64,000 bases of DNA from an uncultured Candidatus Saccharibacteria bacterium. GTDB lineage: Bacteria > Patescibacteriota > Minisyncoccia > JAHISW01 > Tagabacteraceae. The notes under the pieces were generated by a model. That model was not told where the DNA came from and searched no databases. It saw nothing but the letters and a program-made list of their open reading frames with translations. A program made the position numbers and the translations under genes. Position 1 is the first letter of the stretch, and every line of letters begins with the position of its first letter. Positions 1 to 10,108 of the stretch are shown here, piece after piece. The stretch is taken from NCBI GenBank assembly GCA_964601305.1, contig CAZRMW010000004.1, positions 434 to 64,433 of the forward strand, given 5' to 3'.

Positions 1-1
1 T

Positions 2-3000
2 TTTGCAAGAATTGCGTTTGGCGATGAAAGCGATGATGATGTTGGTTTAATTAAATATCAACATACAACAAATGACATGAGGTTCCAGACAAACGGTGCT
101 GAGCAAGTAATAATAGACTCCTCAGGCAACGTGGGGATAGGGACAACGACGCCGGACTTTTTATTGCAAGTAGCTCAAAATGCAAATGCATTAAAATTGT
201 CTAATTATGCTAATACAACGAACCCAATTGAGATGAGAGTTGTTAGACAAAGAACAAGCGGAGCAAACAATGGTTCAACCGACGATATCTTTACATTGTC
301 TGGGTACAAGAGAGCAAGTGGTACTGATGATGAAGTTGCTGCTATTAAATTTATCGGTACTGGTAGTTCAGCTGATGAAGCTAATATTACTTTTTCAACA
401 GCTAATACAGGAGGAGCTTTAACAGAACAAATGAGGATTCAAGATGACGGCAACGTGGGGATTGGGACGAATAGTCCAAACCAGAAGCTACATGTTAACG
501 TAGCTAATGCAGTTTCTGAGAATGTTAATTTCGCGGTGTATGGAAAAATTGCCGGGGCGGCTACATGGGATACAGCCGGTGGATCATTTGCAAATATTGG
601 TACAGGAACCGGAACAAATTATGGAGTTAGTGGAACTGCTTCAGGAGCGGGTACAACTAATATTGGTGGTCATTTTTTGGCTGCAGGAGCGACGAATAAC
701 TATGGTTTAATTGTAAGTTCTGGCAACGTCGGCATTGGTACCACAACACCAGAAACATTATTGAACATACGTGGTACGGATAATACAGAATTTTTGAGAT
801 TAACCGAATCGAATTTTAATTCAGATGCAGGATTAGGTATGGAAGTGCAAGGATCTCAAACAGGGATGAGCTTCTATGTAAATGGAACACAAAAAATGAT
901 GCTAGAAGCTGATGGAGGTGTATCTATAGGAACAAATTACCAAGGTGCGACTAATCCTCCAGCCAACGGTTTGATAGTGGAAGGCAACGTGGGGATAGGG
1001 ACTGTTAGTCCAGAATCAGCACTTACTGTTCAAGACGAAGACGCACAAACAAACGCAGTTCAAAATGTATTAAATATATGGAGGAGTACAACAGGAACTG
1101 CAGCAACAGGATTAGGTGCTGGGATAATGTTCCAACTAGAAGATGACGCAGATTCACTTAGAGGAGCAGGAACAATTGGTTCTAAATGGAAATCTGCAGC
1201 GAATGGTTCCCCTCAAGCTAATTTGTTTTTTGATGACCGTGCTGGAACTACTATTATGACATTAGAACATGGCGGCAACGTGGGGATTGGGACGACGAAC
1301 CCTAATTATAAACTGGAAGTAAATGGTACAGCCTCTACAACTCGTCTATTACTTCCTACAAATAATGACCCAACAACCCCAACAGTGTCTTTTGGGGATG
1401 GCGACACTGGTTTATATGAGGTTGGAGATGACACTATTTCTTGGGCTTTTGGTGGTGCAAGAATATGGACAATAACAAGTAGTAAATTCGCATCGGAAAT
1501 TACAGGTGGTGCTCTATTGGATAGAACTGCATCTAGCGCAACAAACCCAGCACATGCATTTTTTGCCGATGAAGACACTGGAATAGGTAGAGCAGCCGCA
1601 GATACTCTTTCACTTATTACTGCAGCTACGGAAAGAATGCGTATCGACTCCTCTGGCAATGTCGGGATTGGTGTTACAGACCCAGACGAAAAACTAGAAG
1701 TTGCAGGAGCATCTCATTTTGGTAATAGGATAGATATTTATAAGGGCGGAAATGCAACTAAGGTTGCAAATTTAGGTGCTAATGATGATATAGGTTTGTC
1801 TGGTCCAGCGTCAACTGATTTTGTAATTAAAACAACAGAAGCAACGTCAGGCTTTCATGTAAGCACTAGCGGTGATAGTACACCGAATTTTAGTATTATA
1901 GATAGTGGCAACGTCGGCATCGGTACGACGAGTCCAGATGCTGGGTTAGTTGTTAATAAGTCGGGGCTTAATGCTGGTATGATTATAGAAGGCACTTCGG
2001 CGTCGTTGGGTTTTAGGGATACAGAAGCTGGTCACGATGATTTTAGGATTTTAAATGATGCCGATAAATTAAAAATTGGAGTTGATACGGGTGATGTTTT
2101 TTCTAGCGTGTCAAATCTAGTTACAATTCAACAGGACGGCAACGTCGGCATCGGGACTACGGGTCCAGGATATCAATTAGAAGTTAATGTGGATGCAAAC
2201 AGTGAAGGAATAGGTTTAAAGACTGGAGGGACACTACTGGCAGCAATTGAACGTGAAGATACAGACGCAGGAAAACTAGTATTATATGATGGTGCAGCCG
2301 GCAAAATAAAGCTTAATGCTGATGCAGGTGAAGATAGTTGGATTAACAACGGTGGCAATGTCGGCATCGGCACGACGAGTCCGGCATATGTTTTCGAATC
2401 TTATACAAGCGGAAATAATTTTGCTCTAAGTGCAGATTGTGGTGGAGAAGGTGGTTGTGTTTCGATAAAGACCGAAGACGATGCCTCTGGAATTTCTTAT
2501 TATGTGCATGCTAGAGACAAAAATAATCTAGATACAGGATTTCTTTTAGCAGACGGAGGAACTTTTCAGCTGTCCGATGTATCTGACAGAAGATTAAAGA
2601 AAAATATTCGAGAGACTTCTATCAATGGGTTGGAGGTGATAAACAATATAGATGTAAGAGATTTTGAATGGATAGAAAATGATACTACGGTTGTGGGTGG
2701 TTTTATAGCGCAGGAATTACAGTTGGCATTTGCTCCAGCAGCATTTGGCGATCCAGATTCAGACCAAATGATGTCTATCTCCAGAGACAGGTTGGTGCCG
2801 GTTATAATTAAATCTATTCAAGAAATAAGCGACACAATACACATCTCTGAAGAAGGCTATGTAGGACTAGGAAACTTCGATGGACTCACAGCAAGCACAA
2901 CACCACAATACAAGATGCATGTACTAGGCGACGTAGCCGCAGAAAGCTTTGTAAACATCTCCACACAAGAATCTAAGAAAGACATAGAGTACTACACAGA

Positions 3001-3880
3001 AACTAAATACGAAAATGCCCTCACAAAGATAAAAGAAATGAAAGTAGCTAGCTATAACTATGTGAATGATGAATGTGGAATAACGAATGAAGAATGTGAG
3101 CCACAACGACTTGGCCTAATAGCAGAAGAATCCCCAGAAGAAGTACTATCTCTAGACGGCAAAGGAGTAGATCTCTACAAATTATCTTCTTTTATGCTCG
3201 CAGGTCTTAAAGAAACCATAAACAAAGTAGACGAACTAGAAGTGAGAGTAGATAGCCTGGAAGATTTAGTCTCAAACTATGGTAGTTCAACTACGATAGT
3301 TTTGGATGAGCCAGGGCTATTTGGCAGAATGGTAGTATGGCTTACAGACAAAATTCTTTATGTAAAAAGTTTAATTGTAAACGATAAAATTTGCGTAGGG
3401 GAAACTTGTGTAGACGAAAATACACTTAAGGCGCTACTAGAAAATGCAGGGCAAGTGGCTACGACGACACCGAACTCAATTAGCGAAGTTGAACTTCCTT
3501 CGGAAGTGTCAACTTCAACCCCTCAAGACACTACCCCACCAACAATAACCCTACAAGGAAACAACCCAGCTACAGTGAGTATTGGCGCAGAGTACCACGA
3601 CCTAGGAGTAACAATCACAGATAACATGGATAGCAACCTAGGCTACGAAGTATGGAGAAACGGAGAATACCTCGACAGAAACCTTACAGGAGTAAGTGTA
3701 GATACCCAGCCGCAACTTTCGGATGCAGGCGGGCAGGCCAGCACTACAATACATACCATAAGCTACGTAGCGCAAGACCAAGCTGGCAATGTAGCGACAA
3801 GTACGAGAACCATTATAGTATCTGTTGGAGGTCCGACCTCCCTCACAGAAGAAACTGCTACAACAACCCCAACAGAATAA
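2..3880 (+). CDS. Large tail-fibre-like surface protein (GNVGIG repeats, two peptidase S74-type chaperone domains, C-terminal DUF5011-like Ig domain); 5'-partial
   Basis: Frame is open from base 2. Nine GNVGIG repeats; SDRRLKKNI and STQESKKDI S74-type motifs; DTTPPTITLQG...DQAGN Ig-like motif. Confidence 0.8.
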   Translation, partial: FARIAFGDESDDDVGLIKYQHTTNDMRFQTNGAEQVIIDSSGNVGIGTTTPDFLLQVAQNANALKLSNYANTTNPIEMRVVRQRTSGANNGSTDDIFTLSGYKRASGTDDEVAAIKFIGTGSSADEANITFSTANTGGALTEQMRIQDDGNVGIGTNSPNQKLHVNVANAVSENVNFAVYGKIAGAATWDTAGGSFANIGTGTGTNYGVSGTASGAGTTNIGGHFLAAGATNNYGLIVSSGNVGIGTTTPETLLNIRGTDNTEFLRLTESNFNSDAGLGMEVQGSQTGMSFYVNGTQKMMLEADGGVSIGTNYQGATNPPANGLIVEGNVGIGTVSPESALTVQDEDAQTNAVQNVLNIWRSTTGTAATGLGAGIMFQLEDDADSLRGAGTIGSKWKSAANGSPQANLFFDDRAGTTIMTLEHGGNVGIGTTNPNYKLEVNGTASTTRLLLPTNNDPTTPTVSFGDGDTGLYEVGDDTISWAFGGARIWTITSSKFASEITGGALLDRTASSATNPAHAFFADEDTGIGRAAADTLSLITAATERMRIDSSGNVGIGVTDPDEKLEVAGASHFGNRIDIYKGGNATKVANLGANDDIGLSGPASTDFVIKTTEATSGFHVSTSGDSTPNFSIIDSGNVGIGTTSPDAGLVVNKSGLNAGMIIEGTSASLGFRDTEAGHDDFRILNDADKLKIGVDTGDVFSSVSNLVTIQQDGNVGIGTTGPGYQLEVNVDANSEGIGLKTGGTLLAAIEREDTDAGKLVLYDGAAGKIKLNADAGEDSWINNGGNVGIGTTSPAYVFESYTSGNNFALSADCGGEGGCVSIKTEDDASGISYYVHARDKNNLDTGFLLADGGTFQLSDVSDRRLKKNIRETSINGLEVINNIDVRDFEWIENDTTVVGGFIAQELQLAFAPAAFGDPDSDQMMSISRDRLVPVIIKSIQEISDTIHISEEGYVGLGNFDGLTASTTPQYKMHVLGDVAAESFVNISTQESKKDIEYYTETKYENALTKIKEMKVASYNYVNDECGITNEECEPQRLGLIAEESPEEVLSLDGKGVDLYKLSSFMLAGLKETINKVDELEVRVDSLEDLVSNYGSSTTIVLDEPGLFGRMVVWLTDKILYVKSLIVNDKICVGETCVDENTLKALLENAGQVATTTPNSISEVELPSEVSTSTPQDTTPPTITLQGNNPATVSIGAEYHDLGVTITDNMDSNLGYEVWRNGEYLDRNLTGVSVDTQPQLSDAGGQASTTIHTISYVAQDQAGNVATSTRTIIVSVGGPTSLTEETATTTPTE

Positions 3881-3969
3881 TGTTAGTATTGGTATCCGAA
3901 GGAGATCAGATCTCCTTCAGAAAGGTGCAAAAGGTTGAATAAATTTTGTATTTTTGATAAGGTTATTTT

Positions 3970-4329
3970 ATGGTGAAAAAACAAAAAAAAGAGCCAACAT
4001 CAAGTGATATTTTAGATGCTATTAATAATTTTGCTACTGGTGTAGACAAACGTTTTGATGGTGTAGACAAACGTTTTGATAAAATCGAAGAGAGATTAGA
4101 CAATATAGAGGAGGATATTGTTGAAATGAAAGAAGACATTAGACAAATAAAACTTGAAATAAAAAGTGTTTGGGGTAAACTCGAGGAAATAGAAAAGAGA
4201 TTAGAAAGACTAGAAAAAACAACAAAAGAAGACACAGATACGCTTTCTATAGACGTTTTGAATTTAAGAAAAAAAGTAGAATTTTTAGAAGGCGAAATAA
4301 AGGAACTTCAATTAGTTAATGCAAAATAA
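3970..4329 (+). CDS. Coiled-coil hypothetical protein
   Basis: 119 aa with heptad pattern; internal 21-bp tandem duplication (GVDKRFD x2). Confidence 0.7.
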   Translation: MVKKQKKEPTSSDILDAINNFATGVDKRFDGVDKRFDKIEERLDNIEEDIVEMKEDIRQIKLEIKSVWGKLEEIEKRLERLEKTTKEDTDTLSIDVLNLRKKVEFLEGEIKELQLVNAK

Positions 4330-4332
4330 AAT

Positions 4333-5022
4333 ATGTCTGAATCAAAAAATAATTTAAAGATAAAAGCTGAAAAAAGAGATATCTTTGGTAAAAAGCTAAG
4401 AGAATCAAGAAAAGAAGGCAAGTTGCCTGCTGTTTTTTACCCGTCCAAAGGCCGGGCAGGCGGTTCTAAAAAAGAAAGCACCTCTATTTTTATAGATCAA
4501 AGCGAATTTGGCAGAGCTTGGAAGAAAGCCGGAGAGTCTACAGTATTAGATTTAGAAGTAGACAATAAAGTTATTCCAGTTTTAATTTACAAAGTAGATT
4601 TAAACCCTCTTACAAGTGAACCAATTCATGTAGATTTTTACGCAGTGGATATGACTAAAAAAGTTTCTACTACAGTGCCGTTTTCTTTTGTGGGAGAAGC
4701 TCCTGCAGTAAAGCTTGGAGGCACACTAGTTGAAGTGATGAGGGAAATAGAAGTAGAAGCTATGCCAGCAGATTTACCTCACGAGATAGAGGTAGATGTT
4801 TCTGTTTTAGAAAACTTTGAAAGTAAAATAACAATTGGAGATCTAAAAATACCAGAAGGTGTAAGTGTTTCCGCAGAAAAAGAAGATGTAATAGCTTTTG
4901 TAGAAGAAGCCAAGGAAGAAGAGGAAGAAGTGCTAGAAGAAGCTGTAAGTGTTGCTGATATTGAGGTAGAGAAGAAAGGAAAACAAGAAGATGAATCAGA
5001 AGGAGAAACTCCTTCTGAATAG
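4333..5022 (+). CDS. rplY: 50S ribosomal protein L25/Ctc
   Basis: GKLPAVFY, HVDFY, acidic C-terminal tail; CTC two-domain form. Confidence 0.95.
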   Translation: MSESKNNLKIKAEKRDIFGKKLRESRKEGKLPAVFYPSKGRAGGSKKESTSIFIDQSEFGRAWKKAGESTVLDLEVDNKVIPVLIYKVDLNPLTSEPIHVDFYAVDMTKKVSTTVPFSFVGEAPAVKLGGTLVEVMREIEVEAMPADLPHEIEVDVSVLENFESKITIGDLKIPEGVSVSAEKEDVIAFVEEAKEEEEEVLEEAVSVADIEVEKKGKQEDESEGETPSE

Positions 5023-5053
5023 TAACTAGTAACAAGTAACGGGTAACTAGTAA
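5021..5053 (+). repeat. Tandem heptamer array (AGTAACW), left flank of four-helix-bundle gene
   Basis: agtaact agtaaca agtaacg ggtaact agtaa. Confidence 0.85.
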
Positions 5054-5054
5054 A

Positions 5055-5426
5055 ATGGAAAATAGTATAAAAAATTTCTATGATTTAGAGGCCTGGAAAA
5101 AAGGACATGCTTTGGTTTTGAGTATCTATAAAATTACAGAAAGTTTTCCTAAAGAGGAAACATACGGTATAATTAGTCAACTAAGGAGAGCTTCTAGTTC
5201 TATTACTGCAAATATTGCTGAGGGGTTTGCTCGTTATCATTTTAGAGACAAAATTAGGTTTTATCACAATGCACGCGGCTCAGTTGCGGAGGTTCAAAAT
5301 TTTTTACTTTTAGCAAAGGATCTAAAATTTATTGGTTTAGATATATGTAAAAATTTAGGGAGAGAAGCAGTAGGTGTAAGTAAATTAATAAATGGCTTAA
5401 TAAAATCAATTGAGAAACAAATATAA
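5055..5426 (+). CDS. Four-helix-bundle protein (23S rRNA IVS/S23, Avd-like family)
   Basis: FYDLEAWKKG, FPKEETYG, QLRRASSSITANIAEG, ARGSVAE motifs. Confidence 0.93.
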   Translation: MENSIKNFYDLEAWKKGHALVLSIYKITESFPKEETYGIISQLRRASSSITANIAEGFARYHFRDKIRFYHNARGSVAEVQNFLLLAKDLKFIGLDICKNLGREAVGVSKLINGLIKSIEKQI

Positions 5427-6810
5427 AAAAAATTACTTGTTACTTGTTACTTGTTACTTGTTACTTGTCGTAGGCGGTGGTTTTGTTTTTGCTGAAGAAA
5501 TTAATGTGGAAAAAGCTCGCGCAGAGCTAGAAGCTGAATTGGCAGAGCTTGAAAAGCAGATGGAAGGATATAATGAAATAATAAAAGGAAAGCAAAGAGA
5601 GGCCACTTCTTTTGAAAGAGACATATCTATATTAGACGCTAAAATAAACAAAGCAAAAGCTGCTATACGATCCAGAAATCTTTCTATAGGCAAGTTAAAC
5701 TCTGGCATAGAAGACAAGAAAATATTTATAGGAGATTTAGATAAAAAAATAGAAGCTGAAAAAATTTCTTTAGCAGAGCTGATAAGAAGAGTAAATGAAA
5801 TGGACACTACAAGTGTAGTAGAAATTCTTTTGGGGTATGATTCTCTCTCGGAATTTTTTGAAGACTTCAGTTCTTTTGAGTCTATACAAAAAGAATTGCA
5901 AGTTTCTTTAGCGGAAATCAGAGGAACCCAAGAGTTAACAGAGAAGGAAAAAGAACAGCTCGAAGAAAAAAAACTAGGAGAGGTTGAATTAAAATCTATT
6001 CAAGAACTTGAAAAGAGAGGGCTTGAAGTAAAAGAAAACGAAAAACAAACACTACTTAAAATTACAAAAGGCGAGGAAGAAAAATACCAGAAAATTTTGG
6101 AAGAAAAAGAGAAATCTGCAGCTGAAATAAGAACAAGAATTTTCCGCTTGTTTGGTGGGGGAGAGTTAAGTTTTGCAGAGGCTGTAAAAATAGCCAAGAT
6201 TGCTGAAAAGGCTAGTGGTATCAGATCTGCTTTCATTTTGGCAGTGTTGGCACAAGAATCGGCACTAGATGGAGTTATTGGTAGAAATTTGGGGCAATGT
6301 TTTTATAATACACACGCAAGCAATTCTAGTGGCACTGTAATGAGTAAAAGCCAAAAGCCTTCGTTTTTGGCAATTATGAAAGAAATTGGTATGGATCCAA
6401 ACAACACTCCGGTTTCTTGCCCAATAGTTTCCGATGGGGCTCATGGTGGAGCGATGGGGCCCGCTCAGTTTATGCCAAGAACATGGTGGGATATAAATTC
6501 TAAAACTGGATACAAAAAAAGAATAGCTCAAATTACTGGCAACAATCCCCCTTCGCCATTTAATAATTCTGACGCTTTTGTGGGAACCTCGCTCTATTTA
6601 AAAGATGCTTACAATTCGAGTGCCTGCAAAAAATATGGCACAGAAAATAAACACATTTCTCCAGAACAATTGCTTAGAGAAAGGTGTGCGGCTGCGAGAT
6701 ACTATGCAGGTGGCGCTTGGTATAAATTTAGATGGGCTTATGGCGAGCCTGTTGTGGAGAGAGCTGCAGAGTTTCAGAAAGATATAAATTTAATAACCAA
6801 TACTCAATAA
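5410..6810 (+). CDS. Coiled-coil lytic murein transglycosylase
   Basis: Signal/TM segment, long coiled coil, LAQES and GGAMGPAQFMPRTW lysozyme-like motifs. Confidence 0.8.
   Translation: MRNKYKKNYLLLVTCYLLLVVGGGFVFAEEINVEKARAELEAELAELEKQMEGYNEIIKGKQREATSFERDISILDAKINKAKAAIRSRNLSIGKLNSGIEDKKIFIGDLDKKIEAEKISLAELIRRVNEMDTTSVVEILLGYDSLSEFFEDFSSFESIQKELQVSLAEIRGTQELTEKEKEQLEEKKLGEVELKSIQELEKRGLEVKENEKQTLLKITKGEEEKYQKILEEKEKSAAEIRTRIFRLFGGGELSFAEAVKIAKIAEKASGIRSAFILAVLAQESALDGVIGRNLGQCFYNTHASNSSGTVMSKSQKPSFLAIMKEIGMDPNNTPVSCPIVSDGAHGGAMGPAQFMPRTWWDINSKTGYKKRIAQITGNNPPSPFNNSDAFVGTSLYLKDAYNSSACKKYGTENKHISPEQLLRERCAAARYYAGGAWYKFRWAYGEPVVERAAEFQKDINLITNTQ
5433..5468 (+). repeat. Tandem heptamer array (TTACTTG x5), reverse complement of left array
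   Basis: ttacttg repeated five times; lies inside the 5' end of the next CDS. Confidence 0.9.
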
Positions 6811-6830
6811 TCAATATTCAATACTAAAAA

Positions 6831-7604
6831 CTACTTTTTCTTCTTTTCCTTAGACTTTTCTATATACTTTATTATTTTATCTAAATTTCCGTCTAAAATC
6901 TTGTCTATGTTATGCCAAGATTTTTTAAAGCGATGATCGGTAATTCTATCTTGCATAAAATTATAGGTTCGTATTTTCTCGGATCTATCTTGTGTGCCAA
7001 CTTGGTCTCTTCTAAGTTCGCTTACAGAGGCTACTTTTTCTTCTTGCATAGCTTGCATTAGTCTTGCGGTAAGTATTCTCATGGCTTCTTCCCTGTTTCT
7101 TTGTTGGTTTCTTTCCCCTTCGCACCTTACGACAAGCCCAGTTGGTTTGTGAGTAAGTCTTACAGCTGTTTCTACTTTGTTTACATTTTGCCCTCCTTTC
7201 CCCCCAGAGTGAGTAAAGCTCATTTCTATGTCTTCCGGTTTTATTTCCATTTTTTGCTCTGGAAATATTGGAAGTAAAGAAACAGAAGCTGTAGATGTGT
7301 GTATTCGCCCAGATTTTTCTGTTGATGGTATTCTTTGTACACGATGAACCCCAGATTCGTGCGCTAGTTTTTTTGGAGCTTCTGCGTTTTTTATTTTAAA
7401 AGCAACTTCTTTTATTCCCCCCAAGTCATCTTTGGATTTACTTATAAGGTTCATTTTCCAATTTTTAGATTCTGCGTACTTTGTGTACATTCTATATAAA
7501 TCATCAGCAAAAAGCGCAGCTTCTTTTCCTCCTGCGCCAGCACGAATTTCAACTATTACACCAGTTGGTGTGTCTGCATTGTTTTGTTGTATGTTATAGT
7601 CCAC
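6831..7604 (-). CDS. prfA: Peptide chain release factor 1 (N-terminally short)
   Basis: [24 protein letters not shown] (PxT), [12 protein letters not shown]; downstream of rpmE. Confidence 0.88.
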   Translation of the reverse strand: MDYNIQQNNADTPTGVIVEIRAGAGGKEAALFADDLYRMYTKYAESKNWKMNLISKSKDDLGGIKEVAFKIKNAEAPKKLAHESGVHRVQRIPSTEKSGRIHTSTASVSLLPIFPEQKMEIKPEDIEMSFTHSGGKGGQNVNKVETAVRLTHKPTGLVVRCEGERNQQRNREEAMRILTARLMQAMQEEKVASVSELRRDQVGTQDRSEKIRTYNFMQDRITDHRFKKSWHNIDKILDGNLDKIIKYIEKSKEKKKK

Positions 7605-7630
7605 CTTATTTAACTTTAACTATTTAAAAA

Positions 7631-7719
7631 ATTTACAATTTCTAATTTTTAATTTTCAAACGTTTTAAAATTGGATTTTTGAAAATTTGTTGAAAATTGA
7701 GAACTGAAAATTGAGAATT
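7631..7719. repeat. Inverted heptamer arrays (AATTTTC / GAAAATT) with no gene between them
   Basis: aatttcta attttta attttca ... tgaaaat tgagaac tgaaaat tgagaat. Confidence 0.6.
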
Positions 7720-7728
7720 ATAAAAAAC

Positions 7729-7989
7729 TTATTTTTTCGTTTTCGAGAGTTTTTTATCTGTTTTCGGTTTTTTAATAACCTTGAGTTGTTTTTTTGCTGC
7801 TCGAGTTTTGAATTTTTCAACTCTACCAGCGGTGTCTATAATTTTCTTTTTGCCAGTAAAAAAAGGATGACAGTTGGCACAAATCTCTACCTCCATATCT
7901 TTTTTGGTGGAGCCTGTTTTAATTTTATTTCCACAAACACACTTTATTGTAGTGTTTGTATTGTATTCCGGGTGTATATCTTTTTTCAT
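7729..7989 (-). CDS. rpmE: 50S ribosomal protein L31
   Basis: MKKDIHPEY, CxCG, CxxCHPFFTG, GRVEKF. Confidence 0.97.
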   Translation of the reverse strand: MKKDIHPEYNTNTTIKCVCGNKIKTGSTKKDMEVEICANCHPFFTGKKKIIDTAGRVEKFKTRAAKKQLKVIKKPKTDKKLSKTKK

Positions 7990-8085
7990 GATTTTGAATT
8001 AAAAATTAATAGACTTGCAAAAACTAGATTAATTGTCTAAACTAGTCCTTATGCTGTACTAAGTATAGCAACAAGCCAATATATT

Positions 8086-8895
8086 ATGGATACCAAATTA
8101 AAAGATAAAAAGCAAGCCATGCCTGCCGGAAGGCAGGAAGAAACATTAAAAGAAAGCGAAGAAATGTATCGCAGAGGTTTTCATTTTGGGTATTCTGGGG
8201 CTTCTAGCCATCCTAAGATGAAAAGCTATATTTTTGGAAATCGCAATAATACAGAGATTTTTAACTTAGAAAAATCTTTTTCGTGTCTTGAGGATGCAAA
8301 GTCTTTCGTCGAAGAACTGGGCTCTAGAAATGCAAAAATTCTATTTGTTGGCACAAAGCCAGGAATAAGGGGTCTTGTTGAAAAATTTGCAAATAGTATT
8401 GATATGCCATATGTGTCTGGAAGATGGCTTGGGGGTACATTAACAAACTTAAAAACTATTAGAAAAAGAGTAGGGTCTTTAAAAGATCTTAGGGAAGAAA
8501 AGGAAGCCACAAATTTTTCAAATTACATCAAAAAAGAGGCGGTAAGATTAGAAAAAAAGATGGCCAAACTTGAAAGATATTTTGGTGGTCTTCAGGATTT
8601 TAAAAATCTTCCAGCAGCGTTAGTTATAGTAGACCCAAAGGAGGAAAAATCTGCAGTAGCAGAAGCACAAAAAACAAATATACCAACTATATCTCTTTTG
8701 AATAGCGATTGTAATCCTGAAGGTTTGGATTATATAGTTCCTGGAAACGACAATACAAATTTAAGTGTTGAGTATTTTTTAGAAAAAATAGCGGCTGCAT
8801 ATGCAGATGGAGTGAAAAAACCTAAAAAAGAAGAAACCCTAGACGAACAAAGTTCGTCGGGTAAAGAAGAGGTTGTGGAAAAAACTGGAAATTAA
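8086..8895 (+). CDS. rpsB: 30S ribosomal protein S2
   Basis: GFHFG, ILFVGTK, RWLGGTLTN, PGND. Confidence 0.96.
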   Translation: MDTKLKDKKQAMPAGRQEETLKESEEMYRRGFHFGYSGASSHPKMKSYIFGNRNNTEIFNLEKSFSCLEDAKSFVEELGSRNAKILFVGTKPGIRGLVEKFANSIDMPYVSGRWLGGTLTNLKTIRKRVGSLKDLREEKEATNFSNYIKKEAVRLEKKMAKLERYFGGLQDFKNLPAALVIVDPKEEKSAVAEAQKTNIPTISLLNSDCNPEGLDYIVPGNDNTNLSVEYFLEKIAAAYADGVKKPKKEETLDEQSSSGKEEVVEKTGN

Positions 8896-8919
8896 TTAAA
8901 TAATTGCTAAAATAGCACT

Positions 8920-9372
8920 ATGGATATAGATACAAATAGAATTAAATCTTTGCGAGACAAAACAGGAGTTTCTATAATGCTTTGTAAAAAAGCGCTGGAG
9001 GATTCTGGTGGTGACGAAGACAAAGCTTTAGAATGGCTAAAGAAAAATGGAGTTAGTGTTGCTGAAAAAAAATCAAGTAGAGATACAAAATCAGGTTTGG
9101 TGGAAGCGTATATACACAACAACGGGCAAGTTGGAGTACTTTTAGAAATAAAATGCGAGACGGACTTTGTTGCAAAAAACCCAGACTTTAAAGAGGTGGC
9201 ACATAACATAGCTATGCAGATTGCTGCTTCAGATCCTGCAGATGTGGATTCTTTGTTAGAGCTAGATTACATAAAAAATTCTGATTTAACTGTTTCTGCA
9301 TATATAAACGAGGCAATACAAAAATTTGGAGAAAATATGGAGATAACTCGATTTGAACGTTTTGCATTATAA
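8920..9372 (+). CDS. tsf: Elongation factor Ts (short form)
   Basis: LRDKTG, CKKAL, CETDFVA; follows rpsB. Confidence 0.96.
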   Translation: MDIDTNRIKSLRDKTGVSIMLCKKALEDSGGDEDKALEWLKKNGVSVAEKKSSRDTKSGLVEAYIHNNGQVGVLLEIKCETDFVAKNPDFKEVAHNIAMQIAASDPADVDSLLELDYIKNSDLTVSAYINEAIQKFGENMEITRFERFAL

Positions 9373-9388
9373 ATAAAACTATTTTAAG

Positions 9389-9751
9389 ATGTCTTTTTTA
9401 GGTCTTTTGATTTTATTATGCTCTTTATCCTTAATTGTGGTTTTTTCTGTTTTGGGGATAAATATTTTTCTAATTAGAAGTCTAAGTAGAAAAGAAATCA
9501 ACGAGGGTATTGTTTCTGGCGGAAGTTTCCTTTGTGGTTTTGAAAAACAGATAGGGTTTTTTAAAAAGATTATTTTTTCTTCCGCAAATAAATTGTTGTT
9601 TTTTCTAAGCGAGATTTCTAAGAGCAAATGGTTTGAAAAGCATCTAAAGCGGTTCAATGATTATGTGAATGGTAGAGAATTGTTGGAGAGTAATGGATGC
9701 AATGGGTACTGGGGCAAAATAAAAGGAAAAATTAAAGTTAAGAAAAAGTAG
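9389..9751 (+). CDS. Membrane-anchored hypothetical protein
   Basis: N-terminal hydrophobic helix; fills gap in the operon. Confidence 0.6.
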   Translation: MSFLGLLILLCSLSLIVVFSVLGINIFLIRSLSRKEINEGIVSGGSFLCGFEKQIGFFKKIIFSSANKLLFFLSEISKSKWFEKHLKRFNDYVNGRELLESNGCNGYWGKIKGKIKVKKK

Positions 9752-9772
9752 TGCCAGCCTACCGGCAGGTAG

Positions 9773-9836
9773 GCCGATGTAGCCCTGCCCGCAGTCGCTA
9801 AAGCGACAGCTTTTGCAGGCGGGTCAGTTGGTTAGA
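9773..9836 (+). pseudogene. 5' fragment of tRNA-Thr interrupted by a 40-bp hairpin
   Basis: gccgatgtagc (9773-9783) plus tcagttggttaga (9824-9836) equals the first 24 nt of the tRNA at 10109. Confidence 0.85.
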
Positions 9837-9851
9837 TCACTTTAAATTTAT

Positions 9852-10100
9852 ATGTATTTTACTTATGTGTTAGTAAGCAAAAAAGATAGTAATTTATATA
9901 TAGGTTTTTGTATTGACTTAAAGAAAAGAATGAATGAGCATAATCAAGGATTAGTCGTGAGTACAAAACACAGAAGACCGATGGAATTAATTTATTATGA
10001 AGCTTGTAAAAACAAAAAAGATGCTATAAAACGAGAGAAGGTTTTAAAAACAGGTTTTGGAAGAGTTTATTTAAAAAAGAGGAATAGTTTAGAAGATTAA
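9852..10100 (+). CDS. GIY-YIG nuclease family protein
   Basis: YFTYVL, LYIG, DLKKRMNEHN, STKHRRP, YYEA, AIKREK. Confidence 0.92.
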   Translation: MYFTYVLVSKKDSNLYIGFCIDLKKRMNEHNQGLVVSTKHRRPMELIYYEACKNKKDAIKREKVLKTGFGRVYLKKRNSLED

Positions 10101-10108
10101 TAAAAAGT

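Noticed and set aside
2-3880. Prophage
   Set aside because: The tail-fibre-like gene is followed by housekeeping genes; no capsid, terminase or integrase is in the window.
5055-5426. Avd-like gene as part of a diversity-generating retroelement
   Set aside because: No reverse transcriptase or TR/VR pair is visible in the window.
7711-8040. Antisense and overlapping short ORFs throughout the track
   Set aside because: Shadows of well-supported genes on the opposite strand, with no motifs of their own.
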